From contig JBHJHA010000027.1 in NCBI GenBank assembly GCA_050331235.1, positions 1-64,000 of the forward strand: a DNA stretch of 64,000 nucleotides. Reading direction: 5' to 3'. Origin of the DNA: Leptolyngbyaceae cyanobacterium (GTDB lineage Bacteria; Cyanobacteriota; Cyanobacteriia; Phormidesmidales; Phormidesmidaceae). This document shows positions 9,482-19,297 of the stretch, in pieces. Under the pieces are notes generated by a model. That model worked only from the letters and a program-made list of their open reading frames with translations, ran no database searches and was not told the origin of the DNA. A program made the position numbers and the translations under genes. Every line of letters starts with the position of its first letter. Position 1 is the first letter of the stretch.

Positions 9482-10156
9482 ATGAAGAAAGCTTTGTTAA
9501 TTGGATCCCTGCTGCTTGTTAGCTCTGTTGGCATGACTACTCCTGCCCTAGCTCGAAACAACGGCAACAATGGCAATAACGGCAATGATGGTGGTGGTGG
9601 CGGCGGCCAAACGGCTGCTAGCTGTCAGTCTGGTTCTGTACTCCTGGGTACTGCTAGCTACGATGATTGCTTTGGTGCTGAAAACGAAAATGATACCGGC
9701 GCACAAGGGACTCTGCTAGATAACCTAAATGGTGGTGTTTTCGATGGCATTACTGGTAGTGGCGGCGAGTGGTTTATTTTCGGTAAGTCTGATGAAGATA
9801 CTGAGGTAGATGCCGATGAAGGTTCTAACTCAGGTGCTTTCTCAGTTGATTTTTCTGATTTGGACCATGACGTCGATTCAATTGTTGTCAGCCTAAAGGC
9901 AGCCGACTTCTACAGTGCTTACCTATTTGATGGAGCCGGATTCGACTCTGATGATTCAGATTTGGCTAAGCAGTTTGCAGGTACTTTTGACACCTTTGGC
10001 GTCACTAAGAAAGGTGCCGATTTGTCTCACTTGACGATCGCTTACCTCAAGCGTGACGACAACGGTGGCGGTCCCACTCCTGTTCCTGAGCCTGCTGCAA
10101 TGGCTGGCTTGTTGGCAGTTGGTGCGGGTATCGTCATCAACCGTCGCAAGAAGTAA
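9482..10156 (+). CDS. PEP-CTERM sorting domain protein
   Basis: AAGGA RBS; signal peptide MKKALLIGSLLLVSSVGMTTPALA; NNG/Gly low-complexity stretch; VPEP-TM-RRKK tail. Confidence 0.92.
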   Translation: MKKALLIGSLLLVSSVGMTTPALARNNGNNGNNGNDGGGGGGQTAASCQSGSVLLGTASYDDCFGAENENDTGAQGTLLDNLNGGVFDGITGSGGEWFIFGKSDEDTEVDADEGSNSGAFSVDFSDLDHDVDSIVVSLKAADFYSAYLFDGAGFDSDDSDLAKQFAGTFDTFGVTKKGADLSHLTIAYLKRDDNGGGPTPVPEPAAMAGLLAVGAGIVINRRKK

Positions 10157-10215
10157 GGAATCTCCAGCCCTCGTCGAGTTGGGACTTGTTGCACACCTGA
10201 ATACGACTTCACACA

Positions 10216-10258
10216 GCTCTCGCATAGCTCAACGGCTTTTAGCGGGAGCTTTTTTTTG
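10216..10258 (+). terminator. Probable intrinsic terminator
   Basis: GCTCTCGC..GCGGGAGC stem followed by a long T run. Confidence 0.6.
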
Positions 10259-10385
10259 GGGGGTATCAGATTATCAGGTTTTGTATCAGCGTTTACCAAG
10301 CAGATAGGTTTTAGGGAATTATGGATGAACCTTTTGAAGCATTGTTTATCGAAAGCTGTGCAGTTGGGTTGATGAGGCGATCGCG

Positions 10386-11093
10386 ATGGAATTCATTGGC
10401 ATTTTCTTTTTAGTCGTCAGTGGGGTGATGTTTTTTAGCCGGCGGAGCCAGCAGCAAAAATTGTTTAGCCTGAAGCGAGCCCGCGCGATGACGGCTGCTG
10501 AGCTAGCGGCTACGGCGGGGGCCGTGGCCGAAGAAATTGGCGGCGGTAGCTGGCGTGACTACATCAAACTGTGGGGCACCGTTGAAGTAGAACACCCCCT
10601 GCTTTCGGAACACCGACAACAGCCCTGCGTTCACTTTGTCTCTACCGTACAGCGAGAGTACGAAACCCAAGACGACGACGGCAAAACGAAGAAAGTAACC
10701 AAGCAGATTTCCCATAACCGTCAATCTATCAACTTTTGGCTGGTTGACGATACGGGGCGGGTCCTAGTCAATCCAGAAGGGGCGGCCATTGAAACCGTGC
10801 AGGTAATGGATGAATTGCGTCCAGAGCCTGCAGACCCGACCTCGGGCGATCGCTACAAAGAGTCCATCTTGCCCGTGGGTCAAAATGTTTTGGTGGTGGG
10901 AGCCGTCAGTGACCTAACCGGCAAGGTCATCATTGGCAAACCGACCCAGGCCGATCACCATTATGTGATTTCTCTCAAAGACGAAGAAATGCTGGCAACG
11001 GCTACGACCCAAAGCGCCAGAAACATGGGCATTGGCCTGTTTGTTTGCCTGGGCATAGGCCTAGTTTTATTGATTTGGGGAATATTGAGCTAG
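10386..11093 (+). CDS. GIDE/BAM-domain membrane protein
   Basis: N- and C-terminal TM helices; G.VE..PL.S....PCV, F.L.DDTGRVLVNP, RYKESILPVG..V.VVG motifs. Confidence 0.8.
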   Translation: MEFIGIFFLVVSGVMFFSRRSQQQKLFSLKRARAMTAAELAATAGAVAEEIGGGSWRDYIKLWGTVEVEHPLLSEHRQQPCVHFVSTVQREYETQDDDGKTKKVTKQISHNRQSINFWLVDDTGRVLVNPEGAAIETVQVMDELRPEPADPTSGDRYKESILPVGQNVLVVGAVSDLTGKVIIGKPTQADHHYVISLKDEEMLATATTQSARNMGIGLFVCLGIGLVLLIWGILS

Positions 11094-11474
11094 GTGGCTC
11101 GCCTTCCTCCGCAGCCTCGCCTTGCGACCGCTGGGAGGGTTTTCCGGCTTGTCAAACGAAGGGTGTGACGACATAACGGTTACGTTGAGCTGCAGCATTC
11201 TTCCGTCCTTTTACGGATCTTTCTGTAGGCTCAGCCGCCTTAAGTTGTAAAGTGTGTCGTCTTTGGACAGACCAAGTATATTAAATGCAACCCTAGCTAC
11301 ATGGAAATGGTGGGGCATCTAATCGGGCCGCTGGCTCAATGTAGTTTTCGCCAGCGGTGGCCAAAGCTGACTCCAGCAACTAGCTAAATCAAAGTGGCAC
11401 CGTTAATCTCAGTTGGCCAATGGGCTTGACCAAAGCGAACTGGTACCGGTTGGCACTATCTACCTTGGCTCACC

Positions 11475-11888
11475 ATGATAGCCACTATCTCCTCCTCTTC
11501 AGAATCTGGTTTGAACCCTCCTGCAAAGACATCACTCAAAATAACGGACATCTTAGGTGTGGCGATTTTTGACATCAATGGCTTGCCCAAGGAATATTTT
11601 ATCACCGAAGAAAATCCAACTACGATTTGGGTACAGATGGTGTTTCAGGCGTTAGGACTGCGATCGCTCTTGGCTTCCTCCCTTGAGTTGGAAAGCTTTT
11701 TGCAAATCACCATCCAATCCGACAACGAAACGGCGATCGTTGTGCGGCGGCGACAAGACTACATTGCGTTGCAGTTTAAGGGCAAAATCGCTCTCCACAG
11801 CTCCGCCGATAGTGAGCGGCTCTTAGCGCTGATCAATGCCCTCAATCCTGACAAACTGCGGGACCATCCCCATTTCAAGCTTAGCTAG
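11475..11888 (+). CDS. Hypothetical protein, roadblock/LC7-like fold
   Basis: ILGVAIFDINGLP..WVQMVFQALGL pattern. Confidence 0.65.
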   Translation: MIATISSSSESGLNPPAKTSLKITDILGVAIFDINGLPKEYFITEENPTTIWVQMVFQALGLRSLLASSLELESFLQITIQSDNETAIVVRRRQDYIALQFKGKIALHSSADSERLLALINALNPDKLRDHPHFKLS

Positions 11889-13324
11889 CCAGGTTGCCAG
11901 GTGCCATGAAAGCTGTGGGGCACCACTTGCGGTAGCTGTAGACGGCAGATCGGGCCTTGGGTAAAGCGATCGCTGTCGTAAATCCACAGTTCGCTCTGGT
12001 GGGCCGCCCCGTCATACACAACGGTTAAAATCCAGCCTGAAGGTGTCTCGCGGTGATGCCTGGCAACGTAGATCGGCTCGGAAGGATACTGTGCAGGCCC
12101 CGCCTCAGCCACGACGAGATTGTCAGTATCGGGCTCAAATCGCGCGATCGCGCGAAACATTTCGCCAGTATTATCTTGCCCTGGCGGTTGAATGGATAAG
12201 TATGTGGGGGCCGTGACCGTCGGCTGATTGTCCGGCACGCAGGGAAACTCACAATGACCATTCACTAAACAAGTTTGCGAGCGGATGGTCGCCGTTTGTG
12301 GCTCAATGCAGTAGCGCCAAAGCTGCCCCACTGCAGAAGTTTTGATCGTTCCCGCCGCCACCTCCTTTAACTGCTGGTTAGTGGCAAAGTTGGGATAGCG
12401 CACGACCTCCAGCACAATATCATCGTCTTTATTCACAAAGCCTTTGCCAAAGTGCCACTGATACCAGGGATCGACAGCTTCTGAACTGATGACTTCGAGG
12501 GTCTCCGCATCAATGATGACGAGCTGTGTGCCATGTTTGGGCTGCCACATCAGGGCATCGCTAAAGCTCTGAAAACCCAGCACCGCAGGAAGAGGATTCA
12601 TCCGAACAGGGGGGACACAAAAAACGAGATAGCGATCAGCTAACACAAAGTCATGAATCAGTGGAATGCCGTTGAGCGGAATGGCGTTTTTCTTTTCGAT
12701 ATGACCGGTGGCGTCGCTGCGATAGAGCTGTAGGGTGGCGTTAGCACCGGTCTTAATCCCAAAGTTGAAAATTTTGCCGGTCTGAGTATGGCGTTTAGGG
12801 TGGGCCGAGTAGGGCTCATCACTAGTCAGTTGCCCCAGCGAGTAAATCCCTTTTGTTTCTAACGTTTGGGGATCGAGGTGATGGGGCCAGCCCCCTTCCC
12901 ACAGGGCCAGTAGCTTGTCGGGTAATGCCAACACCGAGGTATTGCCCGCATTTTTATATTGCGACTTCCAGCGCTGCCAGAGAGGTACGGGTGCGAGGCT
13001 GCCATAGCCGCTGTAGAGAAACTGATCGGCGTTTTCCTCATCGACAAAGCCGGCCGATCGCACGTAGCGATAGGTCGCCTCGGCCGTACCGTCAGCAAAA
13101 TGTATCGCCAGTACCGCCCCATCCCCATCAAACCAATGGTTGACCCGCTGACCTTGCCGCTCAAACCGGGCAGGGCCGTTGCGATAGAGGCTACCTCGCA
13201 AATCTGAGGGAAGGCTGCCAGCTAATACCGATAGCGGGGTCAGGGCAAACTCTTGGGCGGGCTGGGCGATCGCTCGGGCCCAGGGTCGTTGCTGCTCAGT
13301 GATTACGGGAACCGTAGCGGTCAT
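11885..13324 (-). CDS. Carotenoid cleavage oxygenase (RPE65 family)
   Basis: LRGSLYRNGP, HWFDGDG, SAHPK, IHDF, WH, EFP, SEP, SFHGTW (four His ligands). Confidence 0.95.
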   Translation of the reverse strand: MTATVPVITEQQRPWARAIAQPAQEFALTPLSVLAGSLPSDLRGSLYRNGPARFERQGQRVNHWFDGDGAVLAIHFADGTAEATYRYVRSAGFVDEENADQFLYSGYGSLAPVPLWQRWKSQYKNAGNTSVLALPDKLLALWEGGWPHHLDPQTLETKGIYSLGQLTSDEPYSAHPKRHTQTGKIFNFGIKTGANATLQLYRSDATGHIEKKNAIPLNGIPLIHDFVLADRYLVFCVPPVRMNPLPAVLGFQSFSDALMWQPKHGTQLVIIDAETLEVISSEAVDPWYQWHFGKGFVNKDDDIVLEVVRYPNFATNQQLKEVAAGTIKTSAVGQLWRYCIEPQTATIRSQTCLVNGHCEFPCVPDNQPTVTAPTYLSIQPPGQDNTGEMFRAIARFEPDTDNLVVAEAGPAQYPSEPIYVARHHRETPSGWILTVVYDGAAHQSELWIYDSDRFTQGPICRLQLPQVVPHSFHGTWQPG

Positions 13325-13677
13325 AACTGGGTGCACTCTCGGATAACACTCATTTCAGTATGCAATAAAGTGCAGTTTATGGCCGTGTCACTCACTAGAC
13401 GCCTGCTGAGGTTCTCTATTTCCTTATCCGCAGCCCAGCTTGCTCAGATCACCGATGCCTTTAAGCGATCGCTCTCAAATCACTTCAGAGATCGCCATGA
13501 GAAAGGCGATCGCCCCCTCACTCAAAACCGCGATCGCTTAAAGTGGCCCGGATGCAATGGGGCAATCGCTCCAACATCACCTAAGCATTAGCACAAGAAA
13601 TTTATTCTTAAAGTTTGACAATCATTCTACTATCCTAAAGTCAAAGTATCTATTGAAACATCGAATATCCGATCACT

Positions 13678-14910
13678 TTATCTAAAGAGAAACAACGACA
13701 GAGGGATCAGCAAAACGAATAAAAGAGAAAAGTAAAATATAGCAGTAGAAGCAAATGCATTCCAATATGGAACATCGTGAATTTTACTCATAATGTTATT
13801 CAGATAAGCGAAAACTCCTCCAACAGCCTAGGATGTCGACAGGTTGCTTGCGTCAAAGAATAGCGAATAAATCCCTTCGAAAATTATGACAATCGGAAAA
13901 AATGTTACAGTGACGTATATTGCAGCAACCAAGCTATGTTTAAATTCACCTTTTCCTCCAATCCATCTGAGAGGATAGTGAAAAAACGGAGTATTGATCA
14001 CTCCTGCCAAAAGCAATGATATAACTCCCATTATTTCATCGATGATATGAATGTCAAACCAGATGGAATCTACATCCAGGAAAGTCGTAGCGATAGTGGT
14101 CAAGAACACTGCGCCGAGCATGTATGTGATTAAACCGGAAGAATTCGATAGGCTTATCTCATCGATCCTAATAAGGTTTGCTAGAATTCTTGGTTTACTG
14201 AGCATTGTATAGCCCCTCCAATACACTCGAAGTGGCTCGAGAACAATCAAAATCGTATCAACGAGAAAACCGAAAGAATTATTCTTTGTAGTGACAGACT
14301 TGGTAGTGGCAGACTCTGACTTAAGATCAACTTGTGCTAGTGACGAATTTATCAGATTGTAGTAAGGAGAAAGACGGCTGGCGAAAACCTTCCTCTCAAA
14401 AGGCGAAATAAATATAGAACGAATGCTTAATACTGAGTTCTTTTTGTCACTATCTTTCATTATTTCCAGTTGACGCGAGGAAGGCTTAGGGATACAAATG
14501 AAAAATAAAATAAATGAGATTTTTACAATGTGTTCTTCAGCTGGATTTTGCTTCATCTCATCCATCTTTAAAAAAACTTTATTTTTCCATGCAACCCATT
14601 TTTCTATGTATCTGAGATCGGCTTCAATTAAACATAGAAACTGAAGGCTTCTTTTTATCCCTGTAGATTCTTCGGACACAAAAATATCTTTAGAATTCTT
14701 TTTTAAATTGCCAAAAAGATCCTGAGGAAATATTGAATCTGCGTCAAAATCAAAAGTTTTTTTGACATTAATTAGCCCTAGATTTTCAAGCTTCTTCGAA
14801 ATTAGTTTATGGATCTGATTGGGTTCCACTTTTAGCTTGTAGGCACAATTACTACAATAGCTTCCTGTGTCTGTGAAGCCACAATTTAAACATAAGAACT
14901 TGAATTCCAT
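13678..14910 (-). pseudogene. AT-rich zinc-ribbon + Yip1-like membrane protein with premature stop
   Basis: CLNCG..YCSNC N-terminus; TM C-terminus; TAG 13828-13830 is followed in frame by AVGGVFAYLNNIMSKIHDVPYWNAFASTAIFYFSLLFVLLIPLSLFLFR*. Confidence 0.6.
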
Positions 14911-15039
14911 AGTTGTAATACTATTGATGTTCAGAAAAGTAAACGTAAACCTTTTAATGTTTTAGGTGTTGATAAGGGGTTCGTATCAAGTCGCCCAAAC
15001 CTTTAAATGAGCTAGTAGTAAGCGCCTGACTGACTAATA

Positions 15040-15086
15040 GTATTAGTATGTCTGGCAGCACGTTTCGTCAGCCTGACCTTATACAT
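15040..15086 (-). pseudogene. First codons of a RelE-like toxin, rest deleted
   Basis: ATG overlapping the antitoxin end: MYKVRLTKRAAR, then similarity is lost. Confidence 0.55.
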
Positions 15087-15312
15087 CGCTGCGGATTATG
15101 CGCCAATCTGTTAGCTCACGCGTATCCACTTCCTGTTCTGCGGCTTCTAATTCTGCAGCAAGTCCCGGAATGGCAAGTAATTCGGCAGTGCCATCATTAT
15201 CTTCTCACTCAACCAAATACGCCAAAAAATCTAAGACAACTGCTAGCCATTCAGGAGACAATTGTTCCACATGGTCATGGGCCTGTTTGCGTGAGTCTAT
15301 GGGATTGAGCAT
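15079..15312 (-). pseudogene. Type II antitoxin-like gene with in-frame stop
   Basis: MLNPIDSRKQAHDHVEQLSPEWLAVVLDFLAYLVE*EDNDGTAELLAIPGLAAELEAAEQEVDTRELTDWRIIRSDV; TGA at 15205-15207. Confidence 0.7.
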
Positions 15313-15398
15313 AAGCAAAGTAGCAAAAGAAGATGTAGCGATGCTTGCGAGTTGCGTCATTCAATCTTAGCTTTTACAGCTCTGAGTATTCACAAAGC

Positions 15399-15434
15399 AA
15401 AGGGGATAGAAACCTTTCGGCAACTATCCCCTTT
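15399..15434. terminator. Probable bidirectional terminator after the ABC gene
   Basis: Perfect 11-bp inverted repeat AAAGGGGATAG/CTATCCCCTTT. Confidence 0.6.
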
Positions 15435-15463
15435 ACACATTAGAAGCATCTAGCTTCGGTTAT

Positions 15464-17281
15464 CTAGCCCAATAGATCGCCGGTTTCTTGGAGGGTGTGG
15501 AGGCGGTGGTAGAGACCACCATGGTTGAGCAGGTCATCGTGGCTGCCCATCTCCAGGATGCGACCCTGATCGAGGACGACGATAACGTCGGCATCGCGCA
15601 CGGTACTCAGACGGTGAGCAATGATGATCGTCGTACGGGTACCGAGGATGCTACGCATCGCCAGTTGAATCGCCCGCTCCGACTCGTAGTCCAGGCTAGA
15701 GGTGGCTTCGTCAAACACAAGCACATCCGGGCTCATCAGCAAGGCGCGGGCGATGCCGAGCCGCTGACGCTGTCCGCCAGAGAGGCGCACACCCCGTTCC
15801 CCAACCACTGTCGAGTAGCCACCCGGCATTTGGTTAATGAACTCGTCTACCCGGGCGATCGCACAGGCTTCATCCACCTGCTGCCGGGTCACGTGAGGAT
15901 TTCCGTAGGTCAGGTTATCCATCAGCGTGCCGTTAAAGACATCCACCTCTTGATGTACGATCGCCAACTGTTTCCGGTAGCCCGTGATATCCAGCTTGCG
16001 GATGTCTTCCCCATCGATCAGGATGCGGCCCTGCTGCGGCTCAAAATAGCGGAACAGCAGTTTCACCAACGTCGATTTACCGGAACCCGAGCGCCCCACC
16101 AACGCCACCGTCTGCTTCGGCTGAATCAGTAAATCAATGTCCTTGAGGACAGGGCGATCGCGATCGTACCCAAAGCTCAGATGCTCAAAATGCACCTTCC
16201 CCGTGAACTGGTAGCGGGTGACCGCCTCCGGCGTACCGGCGACGCTGGCGGCTTCGATCCCCGTAGGCTGCTGCAAAAACTCGTGAAAGCGCAGCATCGA
16301 CGCGTACCGGCGGGCAAACATTTCAGCTAGGTTACTGATGGGTTCCAACTCGGCGTAGGCCATGCTGGAAACCGTCAACGTCGTCACAAAGTGTCCGAGA
16401 GAGATATTGCCCCGCAGCGTTGCCACCAGCGTCCACACCAGAATGACAAACACACAGGTCTGAATGAACAGTTCCTGCCAGGTCAGCAGCACCACATAAC
16501 CCTTGTGGATGATTTGCTCCACGACGGTGAGCTCTCGGCCCAGACGCTGGCGCTGGCGAGCTAACTCATCATGCTCCGTCGCAAAGGCCTTGACTGTTTT
16601 GATGTTGGTGATGATTTCCGAAGTGCGGCTCTCGGTGGTCTCCATATATTTGTCGAGGGTCTGCTCTTTCTTCGTCAGGCGAATTAGGTCGCGCATACTG
16701 AACGCCAAAATCGCCACAAATGAGAGCGCAAACAGCGCGGCGATGCGCCAGTCAATGACGGCGATGATGCAGAAAATGCCTGCCACACGAATCAGCTTGG
16801 GGAAAAGCTGTCCCGCAATTTCTGGATAGGTCCAGGTGTGGTTGGACAACCCCCGGGCGACCCGCCCCGCAATGCGCCCGGGATTATGCTCGTCATAAAA
16901 GCCGAGGGGTAGACTGAGCAGCTTTTTCACCACCTCGCCTGCATGATCTCGACGGGCCTTGAGGGCGATATCCCAGTGGAACCAAACGCCCAGCCACGGC
17001 TCAATCGGTGAGCGGGCTACCGTAACGAGAAAAATCATCCCCAGCAAGAGGCCAAGGGTGAGCGATCGCGTCACTTCCAGACCGGTGATATCGGCCAATC
17101 CACCCGCCAACCCCTGGGCGAGTCTGTCAACCGGCTGGTCAGATAGCAGGTTGAGTAACTGACCGATCGCGTAAGGCACCACCAAATCCAGCAGCTCGAA
17201 AACGCCGCTGGCGAGGATGCTGAACACCGCGATCGCCTTGTAATTTTTGTAGTATCGAATAACGTCTGCGAACTTAGCCAT
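15464..17281 (-). CDS. ABC exporter, fused permease/ATPase (MsbA-like)
   Basis: TM domain, GRSGSGKS, LSGGQRQR, VFDEATSSLD, IAHRLST. Confidence 0.95.
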   Translation of the reverse strand: MAKFADVIRYYKNYKAIAVFSILASGVFELLDLVVPYAIGQLLNLLSDQPVDRLAQGLAGGLADITGLEVTRSLTLGLLLGMIFLVTVARSPIEPWLGVWFHWDIALKARRDHAGEVVKKLLSLPLGFYDEHNPGRIAGRVARGLSNHTWTYPEIAGQLFPKLIRVAGIFCIIAVIDWRIAALFALSFVAILAFSMRDLIRLTKKEQTLDKYMETTESRTSEIITNIKTVKAFATEHDELARQRQRLGRELTVVEQIIHKGYVVLLTWQELFIQTCVFVILVWTLVATLRGNISLGHFVTTLTVSSMAYAELEPISNLAEMFARRYASMLRFHEFLQQPTGIEAASVAGTPEAVTRYQFTGKVHFEHLSFGYDRDRPVLKDIDLLIQPKQTVALVGRSGSGKSTLVKLLFRYFEPQQGRILIDGEDIRKLDITGYRKQLAIVHQEVDVFNGTLMDNLTYGNPHVTRQQVDEACAIARVDEFINQMPGGYSTVVGERGVRLSGGQRQRLGIARALLMSPDVLVFDEATSSLDYESERAIQLAMRSILGTRTTIIIAHRLSTVRDADVIVVLDQGRILEMGSHDDLLNHGGLYHRLHTLQETGDLLG

Positions 17282-17467
17282 GTTCGTTCCATGAGTTCGG
17301 CAATGAATTTATCCAGTTTATACTACAAATACTACATGCGCTACATCGATATTGGAAAATGTTTCAACGGCTTGAGCCTCAAGCATTTTTAGTTTCCAGA
17401 AATCTTTGTAGGACTACGAACGGATAGTCTAGAACTGATGCACTGAATGACGCTTTAGGCATTGAAA

Positions 17468-17873
17468 GATTCTCCTGGCTGCGTTGTCTCTCTGGATAAG
17501 CGGAGCAAGGGGGAATCCTCTTCCTGCCGATCTTGTTCGTCGTTTGACTGCGTAAGGCCGAACGTCTTTTATCGCCGTCATCGGAATCTTTTCTGGCGAG
17601 CAGAGCCAATCTCGGCAATTTTCTGTATGGGCAAAACAGTCGCCACGGGAGCCGTTGGGTTTCTATCCTCCTCCGAACGGCTGTTGCCACCGAAAGTCAG
17701 AGCGTTTTGGTGGAGGATAGCATTTGGCAAAACTGACGCACGGCTTTAAGAACAGCGATATCGGTTGCCGTTGCGCGTAGCTCAATCCAGGTTTGCCACT
17801 GCTGACGGGTAATCTGCGGCAACGCCAGATTACCCGCTGCTTCAGTGACAGTAGCGGGGGTGAGATGGAAGAG
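17468..17873 (+). ncRNA. Candidate large structured non-coding RNA, family unknown
   Basis: About ten nested helices found by eye, many G-U pairs on the + strand, GCAA/GAAA loops; no convincing ORF. Confidence 0.55.
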
Positions 17874-18193
17874 TCGAGCTGGCCCTGTCGATCAACCCAC
17901 AACTCTCATATACCCAGGACTATATAAATCGCAAGGTTTTGACTCAGGGGCGCTGGCGCTGTTCACCTTATCGCCCAATCTAGCGGTAGGTTTTCAGGAC
18001 TATCAGGATTCAGCCCCGTGACGCGATGGGCATTTTGTAAATCAGTCAGGTCGCGCGATCGCTGCTGGCAGCACAGTCTGATTAGCGGAGTTGCCAGAGC
18101 AACTGTCATTGGCAACAAATTGATTGGTTACGCGACCGAAAACATAGCGCGGGGGTGGCAGTTCCCGGTATTACTCGCATTGCACCTATTGAT

Positions 18194-18316
18194 ATGCAAC
18201 TGGATGAGCTCACTCCAGAGTCGGTCCCTGACCTGGAACTGGATACCGCAGTCCCCATCATGTATTACATGACCAATAACGGCGCGATCACTCAAAAAGT
18301 GATTCTCCGTAAGTAG
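18194..18316 (+). CDS. Possible 40-aa small protein
   Basis: MQLDELTPESVPDLELDTAVPIMYYMTNNGAITQKVILRK; below the ORF-track cutoff; no clear RBS. Confidence 0.3.
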   Translation: MQLDELTPESVPDLELDTAVPIMYYMTNNGAITQKVILRK

Positions 18317-19297
18317 ACGGAAGTTGGAGGCAAATTTGATGTAATAAAACTGTCCAGTGCCGGCTGCGATCACCAGCTACTATGCTCAATCCCTGACTGA
18401 GCCAGCACTTCAGTCAGTTATACCACCCGCCGGGGAAACTACGGAGACCTCACGGGTTTATCCTAATGTCATAAATTGAGTGGTTTTGCCATCCCCTAGG
18501 TCCATCCAAGTGCGATATTTTGATGAAGTCCTACAGGATAAGCAACAACTAGCGAAAGCAATTCGCCGATTTGTAGACAGTGTAGGTTGTTGACTTGATC
18601 AGCTTGCGCTTATCAATTCCCCAATCGCAGGGCTCTACCCCAAAGCATTATCCTTGTCTAACTGAAAAGACAAATAGTGCTTTTGTAAAACGCGAGGGCA
18701 ATGAGACAGCGACGATAGTGGCGATCGCGTCACCAAAGCTTAACTTAACCCCCCTTTTCTCATTTATCTGCCTTCTAGGAATTGAGTTTTGCGTCTCTAC
18801 AGGTTTTTTACAAGCAAGCGATCGCAGTTGAATTTTCAACTGACGAGTTCAACGACTGCACTAAACTGATTTGGATTTTTGAGACTGGTTGCCTCCAGTA
18901 AGCTAAGGCAGAGGATTCACTTTTGCGGCTAAATTTTCAATCAATGCCGCCAGCTAAACCTTTTCATCTCTTGGCATCAAAGCCTTAGAGAGATGCCAGA
19001 CACGACTTCATAGATGCAATGTCAGGTTCAATAGAGTCAGGCAAAATCTACCCTTTGAACGATCTTTTCAACAGAATGCTCGGCGCTCAGGGCTGAGGCT
19101 TAATGCAGTGATTGCTTTAGACCGCTCTAAAATTTGTTGTTGCGATCGTTCAAGCTGACTTGAAGTTGATAGGGACGTGTGTTCGCGTGTTTTAATTCAG
19201 CGCGAGCCAGACCTGGAGTGTTTAGTTTTTAATCGTTCAATCCTCTGATTTAGCGTCTGCTACAGCCAGTTCTCACTGACGTTATCTCTGGTAGATC

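Noticed and set aside
13460..13570. Cluster of HIP1 and near-HIP1 words resembling a repeat array
   Set aside because: Irregular spacing and no longer repeat; typical of cyanobacterial intergenic DNA.
17412..17429. GACTA/TAGTC like group I intron P7
   Set aside because: The arms are only 8 nt apart; no P3/P4/P8 context and no host exon.
17500..17550. CAAGGGGGAATCC and GTTTGACTG, reminiscent of Cas12k tracrRNA words
   Set aside because: Wrong order, and no cas12k or array beside them.
17471..17860. Cobalamin-riboswitch-like words on the minus strand (CCCCCGCTACTGT, AGCCAGGAGA)
   Set aside because: The upstream GGGAA/T-loop core is absent and the spacing is too long.
17379..17909. Minus-strand frame from ATG 17909 with two internal TGA codons
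   Set aside because: No recognisable homology; RNA structure explains the region better, though a pseudogene is not excluded.
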